DNA of 64,000 nucleotides from Deltaproteobacteria bacterium (GTDB lineage Bacteria; UBA10199; GCA-002796325; JACPFF01): NCBI GenBank assembly GCA_016210045.1, contig JACQUX010000019.1, positions 4,102 to 68,101 of the forward strand, read 5' to 3'. Shown piece by piece: positions 57,033 to 64,000 of this stretch (position 1 is its first letter; each line of letters starts with the position of its first letter). The notes under the pieces were generated by a model. It saw only the letters and a program-made list of their open reading frames with translations, ran no database searches and was not told where the DNA came from. The position numbers and the translations under genes were made by a program.

Positions 57033-57150
57033 GTTTAAAAAGGCCCATCTGCGTCGTTGATTCGGCGTCGCACGATCCTCACGTACATCGAGTACGCTCC
57101 GGTCGCGCGACGCCGAACCGCCTAACAGCTAGACCTTTTTAAACAACCCG
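57033..57150. repeat. Complex hairpin repeat element, copy 2 (rplO-secY intergenic)
   Basis: Outer 17-bp stem GGGTTGTTTAAAAAGGCC/GACCTTTTTAAACAACCC; conserved CCCATCTGCGTCGTTG block; inner stem TTCGGCGTCGCACG/CGCGCGACGCCGAA around the same conserved loop ATCCTCACGTACATCGAGTACGCTCCGGT. Confidence 0.75.
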
Positions 57151-57178
57151 CAACCAATTACCTCTTCCCCACAACTTG

Positions 57179-57634
57179 TTAACCACTGGTGGCGAGGGAT
57201 TCGATCTGCCCGCCCGCCGCTTCAATTTTTTGTCGTGCTGCTGCAGAAATCCACGATAATCGGATCGTCAATGGCGCCTTGCAATCGCCGCGCGCCAGCA
57301 ACTTGATGCCATCGTAGCGACGGCGGATCAAGCCACGTTCCTTCAACGCCTCGAGAGTCACCGGCACCCCTTGCGGCCAGGTCGCCAATTGGTCGAGATT
57401 GACGACCCCAACCGTACGCGCAAAGACGGTGTTATTGAAACCGCGTTTCGGCATGCGCCGATGTAACGGCATCTGGCCGCCTTCGAACCCGACCTTATGG
57501 TAGCCACCGGAGCGGGATTTCTGCCCCTTGTGCCCCTTCGTGGACGTACCGCCGTGTCCGCTGGCATCGCCGCGTCCGAGTCGTTTACGCGCTTTTCGTG
57601 CCCCGACTGAAGGCTTGAGTTCATTGAGTCGCAT
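57179..57634 (-). CDS. rplO: 50S ribosomal protein L15
   Basis: Canonical L15. Confidence 0.95.
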   Translation of the reverse strand: MRLNELKPSVGARKARKRLGRGDASGHGGTSTKGHKGQKSRSGGYHKVGFEGGQMPLHRRMPKRGFNNTVFARTVGVVNLDQLATWPQGVPVTLEALKERGLIRRRYDGIKLLARGDCKAPLTIRLSWISAAARQKIEAAGGQIESLATSG

Positions 57635-57639
57635 AGGCC

Positions 57640-58158
57640 TTATACCCTCGCTTCCACGGCTGCGGCCACGACCTTGGCTCGCAGCGCCGCATTGAGCTCC
57701 GGCGATTGGAGGGATTCGAGGCCGTTCAGTGTGGCTTTAATCACGTTGTGCGGATTATTAGTGCCGATACATTTCGTCAGGATATCGTGAATCCCAGCCG
57801 CCTCGACGACCGCGCGGACCGCGCCGCCAGCAATCACGCCGGTCCCAGCGGCCGCCGGCTTCAACATCACGCGCGCCGCGCCGTATTGGCCGATAATTTC
57901 ATGCGGAATGGTCACGCCTTGCAGCGGGATACGAATCATGCTGCGCTTGGCGCGGTCGATCGCCTTGCGCACCGCATCCGGGACCTCGTTGGCCTTGCCG
58001 AGCGAATAGCCGACGCGGCCATGGCCATCGCCGACCACGGCGATGCAGGAAAAGCTAAACCGCCGCCCACCTTTCACCACTTTGGCGACGCGGCTGATAT
58101 GCACCACGCGTTCGATATACTGTTCCTGTCGATCGTTCCGGTCCGTCCGCTCTGCCAT
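57640..58158 (-). CDS. rpsE: 30S ribosomal protein S5
   Basis: Canonical S5; only 5 nt to rplO, so there is no L30 gene. Confidence 0.95.
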   Translation of the reverse strand: MAERTDRNDRQEQYIERVVHISRVAKVVKGGRRFSFSCIAVVGDGHGRVGYSLGKANEVPDAVRKAIDRAKRSMIRIPLQGVTIPHEIIGQYGAARVMLKPAAAGTGVIAGGAVRAVVEAAGIHDILTKCIGTNNPHNVIKATLNGLESLQSPELNAALRAKVVAAAVEARV

Positions 58159-58160
58159 AA

Positions 58161-58526
58161 TTAAAACTCCAACCCTTTGGCACGTGCACCTTCAGCCAGG
58201 GCCTTGACCTGTCCGTGATAAAGAAATCCACCGCGATCAAATACGACATTCTTGATCTGTTTCGCCAACGCCCGCTCCGCCACAACCTCGCCGACACGCT
58301 TCGCGGTCTCGCAGGTTGCCGCGGTCTTCTGCGGTTTCGCGTCGTTCTCGCAAGAAGACGCTGCCGCCAATGTGGCACCATTCTGGTCGTCGATCACTTG
58401 GGCGTAGATATGTTTCAAACTCCGATACACAGCAAGCCGAGGCCGCTGTGTCGTGCCGACCACATGGTCTCGCACTCGATGATGCCGACTTTCCCGCGCC
58501 TCTTGTCGTGCCCGTACTCGTGCCAT
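58161..58526 (-). CDS. rplR: 50S ribosomal protein L18
   Basis: Canonical. Confidence 0.95.
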   Translation of the reverse strand: MARVRARQEARESRHHRVRDHVVGTTQRPRLAVYRSLKHIYAQVIDDQNGATLAAASSCENDAKPQKTAATCETAKRVGEVVAERALAKQIKNVVFDRGGFLYHGQVKALAEGARAKGLEF

Positions 58527-58532
58527 ACGTCC

Positions 58533-59090
58533 TTACCCTGCTTTCTTCGCTCCGCTGGTGGCCGCGGCCTTACCCGGTTTGGTCTTAATGACTTCGTTAC
58601 TATAGCGCACACCCTTCCCTTTATAACGATCCGGAGTGCGGAGTCGACGCAGCCGCGCCGCCGTTTCACCCAGCAATTCCTTATTGGCGGAGCTGAGCGC
58701 GATCCGTGTCAGCTTGGCTTCGCCCTTCACGCCGTCCGGCAACGTAAAAACGACCGGATGCGAATAGCCGAGTGTGAGGTGCAATGCATTGCCTTTGAGT
58801 TCCGCCTTATAGCCAACGCCGACCAGATCCAGTTCACGCCGAAATCCGACCGACACGCCTTCGACCATGTTGTTGACGAGCGCCCGTGACAGCCCATGTA
58901 ACATCCGGGCCTCGCGGGATTCCGACTTGCGGGTACAGACCACGGACTTATCGGCCACCGCGACGTCAATGTGCGGCGACAGCGAGCGACTCAACGTGCC
59001 CAATGGTCCCTTGACCGTGACTACCCCGGCAGCTGTGTGTACCGTGACCTTTTCAGGAACTGGAATCGGTTGTTTCCCTACGCGCGACAT
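58533..59090 (-). CDS. rplF: 50S ribosomal protein L6
   Basis: MSRVGKQPIPVP start. Confidence 0.95.
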   Translation of the reverse strand: MSRVGKQPIPVPEKVTVHTAAGVVTVKGPLGTLSRSLSPHIDVAVADKSVVCTRKSESREARMLHGLSRALVNNMVEGVSVGFRRELDLVGVGYKAELKGNALHLTLGYSHPVVFTLPDGVKGEAKLTRIALSSANKELLGETAARLRRLRTPDRYKGKGVRYSNEVIKTKPGKAAATSGAKKAG

Positions 59091-59152
59091 AATTTTCCAC
59101 TTTCCCACTTAAGCACTTACGCATTTAAGGACTTAAGCACTGACACACTGAG

Positions 59153-59551
59153 TTACCACACCTTACACAAGACTTCGCCGCCCACCTTGTTCCGACGCGC
59201 GTCGGCGTCAGTCATGATGCCCCTCGGCGTGGAGAGGATCGCGATGCCCAAACCCTGGCGAACCGGCGCCAGATCTTGATATCCGATATAGACGCGACGA
59301 CCCGGCGTGCTGATCCGATGGCCATTGGTAAAGACCGCTCGACGATCGGCCGTATATTTCATCGCAATCACTAACTGCTTCCGCGGTGCCTCGCCTAGCA
59401 CATCCACGCCGTTCAAGTAGCCTTCCGACTGGAGCACACGTGCCACAGACTCTTTCACGCGCGAATGCGGCATCGTCACTTGGTCGAGACGACTCTGGTT
59501 CGCATTACGAACCCGCGTCAGCAAATCGGCAATCGGATCGGTGACATTCAT
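59153..59551 (-). CDS. rpsH: 30S ribosomal protein S8
   Basis: Canonical. Confidence 0.95.
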   Translation of the reverse strand: MNVTDPIADLLTRVRNANQSRLDQVTMPHSRVKESVARVLQSEGYLNGVDVLGEAPRKQLVIAMKYTADRRAVFTNGHRISTPGRRVYIGYQDLAPVRQGLGIAILSTPRGIMTDADARRNKVGGEVLCKVW

Positions 59552-59618
59552 GGAACTATCCTTTATTCACAGCTTTGCACGTAAGCACTTAAGTACTCAC
59601 GCACTTAAGCACTTCCCT

Positions 59619-59804
59619 TTACCAACTGGCCTTCATCACGCCCGGCAATTCGCCCCGCAGCGCCATGCCACGGAAACAGAGCCGGCACATATTGAATTTT
59701 CGGATGTAACCGCGCGGCCGTCCGCAAATGGGGCAGCGATTCCGCTGCCGCACCGCAAACTTCGGTTTCCGCAACGCCTTAATCATCAAACATGTCTTTG
59801 CCAT
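59619..59804 (-). CDS. rpsZ: 30S ribosomal protein S14 type Z (zinc-ribbon, 61 aa)
   Basis: [10 protein letters not shown]...CRLCFR four-Cys motif. Confidence 0.95.
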   Translation of the reverse strand: MAKTCLMIKALRKPKFAVRQRNRCPICGRPRGYIRKFNMCRLCFRGMALRGELPGVMKASW

Positions 59805-59811
59805 GAGCGCC

Positions 59812-60369
59812 TCAGTCCTGCGTCGATTGACGGAACGGCATGCCGAGCAATTCGAGTAGGCGACGCCCCTCTTGATCGGTCCGCGCGGTCGTTACAAATG
59901 TCACATTCATGCCGTACGAGTGTTGCATCTTATTGACGTCCACTTCCGGAAACACCACATGCTCCGTAATGCCGAGCGTATAGTTGCCGTGCCCGTCAAA
60001 GCCGGTGGCCGAGACCCCCTTAAAGTCGCGGACCCGCGGCAAGGCGACGCCGATGAGGCGTTGCACGAAGTCGTACATTTGATTGCGCCGCAACGTGACC
60101 CGCACGCCGATCGGCAGGCCTTTGCGCAATTTGAAATTGGAAATGGCCTTCTTGGCCTTCGTGATGGTCGGGCGCTGCCCGGTAATCGCGGTAATGTCGC
60201 GCATTGCGGTGTCGATCACCTTGCTGTCTTGGACGGCTAACTTCAAGCCGGCATTGACAACGACTTTCGACAGTCGCGGCACACGATACACGTTCGCGAT
60301 ACCCAGCTCCTTTCGAAGCGCGGGCATGACGTCTTGCTGAAATTTTGTTTCTAGCTGTGTTCCTGCCAT
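59812..60369 (-). CDS. rplE: 50S ribosomal protein L5
   Basis: Start at [12 protein letters not shown]. Confidence 0.95.
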   Translation of the reverse strand: MAGTQLETKFQQDVMPALRKELGIANVYRVPRLSKVVVNAGLKLAVQDSKVIDTAMRDITAITGQRPTITKAKKAISNFKLRKGLPIGVRVTLRRNQMYDFVQRLIGVALPRVRDFKGVSATGFDGHGNYTLGITEHVVFPEVDVNKMQHSYGMNVTFVTTARTDQEGRRLLELLGMPFRQSTQD

Positions 60370-60371
60370 AA

Positions 60372-60710
60372 CTATTGATTCCCGATGACTGTGCCGCACC
60401 GATGACACACCCGCTGTTTCTTCCCTTGCCCATCCACCTGGTGCCGCAGGCGCACCGGCCGCGCGCATTTCGTGCAGACCGGCATCACTTTCGACAAATG
60501 GATAGACGCCTCTTTTTCAACGACGCCGCCCTGCGGATTCTTTTGCGTCGGCTTCATGTGCCGCTTCACGAGATTAATCCGCTCGACAATCACGCGTTCA
60601 TGCTTCCGATCGATCCGTAGAATTTTCCCGCTCTTGCCGCGCGACCGTCCGCCGATCACTTGGACCGTGTCGCCGCGCCGCAATTGGGTGATCACCGTGC
60701 CATCCATCAC
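60372..60710 (-). CDS. rplX: 50S ribosomal protein L24
   Basis: KOW motif. Confidence 0.95.
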   Translation of the reverse strand: MMDGTVITQLRRGDTVQVIGGRSRGKSGKILRIDRKHERVIVERINLVKRHMKPTQKNPQGGVVEKEASIHLSKVMPVCTKCARPVRLRHQVDGQGKKQRVCHRCGTVIGNQ

Positions 60711-61075
60711 AGCACCTCTGGGGCCAACGAAATGATTTTCATAAATTTCCGTGCCCGTAACTCGCGAGCCACCGGACCAAAGATACGCGTGCCTAACGGC
60801 TCGCTCTGTTCATTAATGAGCACGGCGGCGTTTTCGTCGAAACGGATGTAGGAACCGTCGTGGCGGCGAATTTCTTTCCGTGTGCGCACAATGACCGCAC
60901 GTTTGACGTCGCCTTTTTTCACGCGCGCGCGCGGAATGGCTTCCTTGATAGAGACGACGATGATATCGCCGATGCTGGCATATTTGCGGCGTGTGCCGCC
61001 CAGCACTTTGATGCACATAACACTCTTGGCCCCGGAATTATCGGCGACGTCGAGAATGGATTCCTGCTGGATCAT
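60707..61075 (-). CDS. rplN: 50S ribosomal protein L14
   Basis: [17 protein letters not shown]. Confidence 0.95.
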   Translation of the reverse strand: MIQQESILDVADNSGAKSVMCIKVLGGTRRKYASIGDIIVVSIKEAIPRARVKKGDVKRAVIVRTRKEIRRHDGSYIRFDENAAVLINEQSEPLGTRIFGPVARELRARKFMKIISLAPEVL

Positions 61076-61362
61076 ACCGCTACCCCTACCATTTCATCGC
61101 CCACGCCGCGTTTGACGACGTTGGCTAACGCCCAATGTTTCGTCCGGCTGATCGGTCGGCTTTCTTGGATCACGACCATATCCCCGACCTTCCCATCGTT
61201 TTTCGGGTCGTGCACATGATAGTTCGTAGTGCGACGGACGTACTTTTTCATTTCCGGGTCCTGCACGACGCGCTGCACTTCGACGATAATCGTTTTATCC
61301 CCGGAGCGGCGAATGATGCGCCCTTTGCGTGTCCTGCGTCGATTGCCCAATGTCTGCGTCAT
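61072..61362 (-). CDS. rpsQ: 30S ribosomal protein S17
   Basis: Canonical. Confidence 0.95.
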   Translation of the reverse strand: MTQTLGNRRRTRKGRIIRRSGDKTIIVEVQRVVQDPEMKKYVRRTTNYHVHDPKNDGKVGDMVVIQESRPISRTKHWALANVVKRGVGDEMVGVAV

Positions 61363-61379
61363 AAAACGTACCCCACCGG

Positions 61380-61574
61380 TTAGTTCCCGCTGCTCCGCTC
61401 TTGCAAGATCGTTTTCAATCGGGCCTGGTCGCGCCGCAACTGCTGCAGTCGCGCCGGGCTGGCCAACTGCTGACTGCGCCGTTTAAAATGGAGGCGGAAA
61501 ATCTCTTCCGCCCACTCTTGTTCCAGCTTTTGTAGTTCCTGCGTGACCTTCCCGCGCAGCTCCTTCGCCTTCAT
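61380..61574 (-). CDS. rpmC: 50S ribosomal protein L29
   Basis: Canonical. Confidence 0.9.
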   Translation of the reverse strand: MKAKELRGKVTQELQKLEQEWAEEIFRLHFKRRSQQLASPARLQQLRRDQARLKTILQERSSGN

Positions 61575-61984
61575 AACCCCTCCCGTGCGATAAAGCGGGT
61601 CCGCAGCGGTAGTTTGTACGCCGCCAAACGGAGTGCATCCACCGCGACGGTGCGCTCGATGCCGACCAGCTCAAACAGGATACGCCCGCGCTGGACCGGA
61701 GCAACCCAACCTTCCACGGCCCCTTTGCCTTTGCCCATACGGACTTCGGCGGGCTTCTTCGTGATCGGCTTGTCCGGAAAGATCCGAATCCACATCTTCC
61801 CGCCCCGCTTCATATGCCGGCTAATGGCCACCCGGCTGGCTTCAATTTGGCGGGCCGTAATATACCCTGTGGTCAGCGCTTGCAAGCCATATTCACCAAA
61901 AGCGAGCTCAATGCCGCGACTGGCCATCCCGCGGAGGCGCCCCTTCTGCTGCTTGCGATATTTAGTTCTCGATGGTTGTAACAT
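61571..61984 (-). CDS. rplP: 50S ribosomal protein L16
   Basis: [16 protein letters not shown]. Confidence 0.95.
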   Translation of the reverse strand: MLQPSRTKYRKQQKGRLRGMASRGIELAFGEYGLQALTTGYITARQIEASRVAISRHMKRGGKMWIRIFPDKPITKKPAEVRMGKGKGAVEGWVAPVQRGRILFELVGIERTVAVDALRLAAYKLPLRTRFIAREGL

Positions 61985-61999
61985 AAATGTTTCGCGCCC

Positions 62000-62626
62000 C
62001 TATAAGATATCACCCCGATAGACCCACGCCTTTACGCCAATCTTGCCATAGGTCGTGTTCGCCTCGGCAAAGCCATAATCGATGTCGGCCCGGAGGGTAT
62101 GCAATGGCACTCGGCCCTCGCGATACCACTCCCGCCGCGCCATTTCGGCTCCGGCCAAGCGGCCGCCGCAGTGCACTTTGATCCCTTCCGCGCCCATCTT
62201 GAGCGCGGTTTGCACGGCCTTCTTCATGGCCCGTCGAAAGGCGACGCGCCGTTCCAATTGCATCGCGACGTTCTCGGCGACCAGCTGCGCATCCAATTCC
62301 GGCTTCCGCACTTCTTGAATATTCACAATCAATTCATACGGGGTGGTTTTCTGCAATTCGGCGCGCAACGAATCGATCCCGGCCCCTTTTTTCCCGATGA
62401 CTAACCCAGGCCGTGCGGTCCAGAGGGTAATTTTCACCTTGTCAGCGGCCCGTTCGATGTCGATTTTTGCAATGCCGGCATGATGCAGTCGGCTTTTCAA
62501 GACATCGCGAAAGCGACGATCTTCATGGACCCACTCCGCATAGCGTTTCCCGTCGGCATACCACCGGGAATCCCACGGCTTTGTAATGCCAACCCGAAAC
62601 CCTTTTGGATGCGTCTTTTGCCCCAT
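62000..62626 (-). CDS. rpsC: 30S ribosomal protein S3
   Basis: Start at [11 protein letters not shown]. Confidence 0.95.
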   Translation of the reverse strand: MGQKTHPKGFRVGITKPWDSRWYADGKRYAEWVHEDRRFRDVLKSRLHHAGIAKIDIERAADKVKITLWTARPGLVIGKKGAGIDSLRAELQKTTPYELIVNIQEVRKPELDAQLVAENVAMQLERRVAFRRAMKKAVQTALKMGAEGIKVHCGGRLAGAEMARREWYREGRVPLHTLRADIDYGFAEANTTYGKIGVKAWVYRGDIL

Positions 62627-62627
62627 T

Positions 62628-62966
62628 TTACCGCTCTCCCAGCTCAATCTGTAAATGGCTGCTCGCCTTAACGATCGGATGCGCCATCCCACGAGAACGG
62701 GGACGCGATCGCTTGAGACGAGGGCCTTCATTCACGGTTAACGTTCGGACGTAGAGACGATCTACATCCACCCCACCGCGCTGATCCGCGTTCGCCAATG
62801 CCGATTTGAGCAACTTCAGCACGGGTCCTGCGGCGCGCCGTGTACAAAACTGGAGCAATTCCATGGCCGTCTCGACCCGCTTGCCGCGCACCAAATTTGC
62901 GACGACACGCACCTTGGTCGGGGCCATCCGGACGTGACTAAATGTTGCCTTGCCTGTGGTTGCCAT
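62628..62966 (-). CDS. rplV: 50S ribosomal protein L22
   Basis: Canonical. Confidence 0.95.
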   Translation of the reverse strand: MATTGKATFSHVRMAPTKVRVVANLVRGKRVETAMELLQFCTRRAAGPVLKLLKSALANADQRGGVDVDRLYVRTLTVNEGPRLKRSRPRSRGMAHPIVKASSHLQIELGER

Positions 62967-62975
62967 AAAAGACCT

Positions 62976-63290
62976 TTACTTGGCGGCAGCGGCTGGCGCA
63001 GCGGCCGAGCCCCCCGTCGTCTCTTCCTTCTTGATTCCGGAGTGACCACGGAAGCTGCGGGTCGCCGCAAACTCGCCCAGCTTATGACCCACCATATTTT
63101 CCGTCACGAAGATCGGCACGAACTTGCGCCCGTTATGGACGGCCATCGTGAGACCCACCATATCCGGAATAATCGTGGAACGCCGCGACCAGGTGCGAAT
63201 CACTTGCTTTTGCCGGGACGACTGCGCCACCGAGACCTTGGCCAACAAGTGTTGATCGACAAAGGGGCCCTTCTTTAATGAACGCGGCAT
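62976..63290 (-). CDS. rpsS: 30S ribosomal protein S19 (short Ala-rich C-terminal extension)
   Basis: [12 protein letters not shown]. Confidence 0.95.
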   Translation of the reverse strand: MPRSLKKGPFVDQHLLAKVSVAQSSRQKQVIRTWSRRSTIIPDMVGLTMAVHNGRKFVPIFVTENMVGHKLGEFAATRSFRGHSGIKKEETTGGSAAAPAAAAK

Positions 63291-63293
63291 AAA

Positions 63294-64000
63294 TTACTTT
63301 CTCCTTTTGACAATCAGCCGATCACTGGGCTTTTTGCCGCGGGTTTTGTAGCCCTTCGCGGGGACGTTGGTGGCACTGCGCGGATGATTGCCACCCTTAC
63401 TTCGCCCTTCACCGCCACCATGGGGATGGTCGACCGGGTTCATCGCCATGCCACGCACATGCGGCCGCCAACCCAACCATCGGACCCGCCCCGCCTTACC
63501 GAACGCGATATTTTCATATTGCTCATTGCCGACCTGCCCGACGGTGGCCCAGCATTCGTGATGGATCAAGCGGACTTCCCCCGACGGCATCTTGAGGTGA
63601 ATGTGATGCCCGTCTTTGGCCATGACTTGCGCGAACGTCCCAGCCGCGCGGCAGAGCTGGCCTCGGCCGCCGATCTTCAGCGCGACGTTATGGACCGAAG
63701 TTCCCACCGGAATGTTTTTCAGCGGCAACGCGTTGCCAGGGAAAATCTCCGCGTCGGCGGCCGCGAGCACTGTTTGCCCGACGGTCAATCCGATCGGATG
63801 AATGATGTAGCGTTTTTCGCCGTCACGATAGGTGATCAAGGCCAAATGCGCATTGCGGTTGGGATCGTATTCGATCGCGGTCACAACACCGGGGATCCCC
63901 AACTTGTTGCGGCGGAAATCGACCAGGCGATAATGCTTCGCCGCCCCGCCACCACGATGCTCCTGGGTAATGCGGCCGGTATTATTGCGACCGCCGGAGC
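63294..64000 (-). CDS. rplB: 50S ribosomal protein L2 (5' end beyond the window)
   Basis: C-terminal 200+ aa of L2 ([13 protein letters not shown]...); the reading frame stays open to the window edge. Confidence 0.9.
   Translation of the reverse strand, partial: SGGRNNTGRITQEHRGGGAAKHYRLVDFRRNKLGIPGVVTAIEYDPNRNAHLALITYRDGEKRYIIHPIGLTVGQTVLAAADAEIFPGNALPLKNIPVGTSVHNVALKIGGRGQLCRAAGTFAQVMAKDGHHIHLKMPSGEVRLIHHECWATVGQVGNEQYENIAFGKAGRVRWLGWRPHVRGMAMNPVDHPHGGGEGRSKGGNHPRSATNVPAKGYKTRGKKPSDRLIVKRRK

Overview
This is a high-GC (about 63-65%) bacterial chromosomal window, and almost all real genes lie on the minus strand. Coordinates 50.6-64.0 kb hold the conserved S10/spc/alpha ribosomal-protein super-operon (rplB...rplQ with secY, adk, map, infA, rpmJ, rpoA). 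It has no L30 gene and carries a zinc-ribbon S14. Coordinates 17.5-26.1 kb hold pnp-rpsO-DHH phosphoesterase-rbfA-infB-nusA-rimP. Other housekeeping genes are shc, glpX, lipA, recG, lysC, lpdA, nadB, an MqnA-like futalosine-pathway gene, dnaK, rsmI, nadE, efp, an OPT transporter and an acyl-CoA synthetase. There are two accessory regions. First, a polymorphic-toxin locus at 28.0-35.5 kb. It comprises a lipoprotein gene translationally coupled (ATGA) to an NHL-repeat/RHS-repeat giant toxin, a coupled 3-TM immunity gene, an orphan RHS C-terminal module carrying a Zn-peptidase (M15/LAS-type SxHxxGxAxD ... DHWH) toxin with its own coupled secreted immunity gene, and a degenerate third RHS fragment. 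All toxin/immunity tails are low-GC. Second, a 1.95-kb low-GC cassette between the convergent nadB and pnp genes. It holds one unknown 291-aa protein and one membrane-anchored DUF2442 protein, and is bounded by two inverted, about 90% identical copies of a MITE-like element with GGAAGGGGCGGGG terminal inverted repeats. This looks like a transposase-less mobile insertion cassette. Several structured repeat families are also visible. One is a conserved-loop/covarying-stem hairpin element present at glpX 3' and at rplO-secY. Another is a CCCTCTCCC/GGGGAGAGGG hairpin array present twice inside the ribosomal operon. A third is a roughly 90-bp TGCAAAA-heptad palindrome overlapping the start of a secreted Pro-rich protein gene. 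A fourth is a perfect 23-bp inverted repeat abutting the shc start codon. A vapBC toxin-antitoxin pair and a sigma-32-type promoter upstream of dnaK are also present. No rRNA, tRNA or CRISPR was seen.
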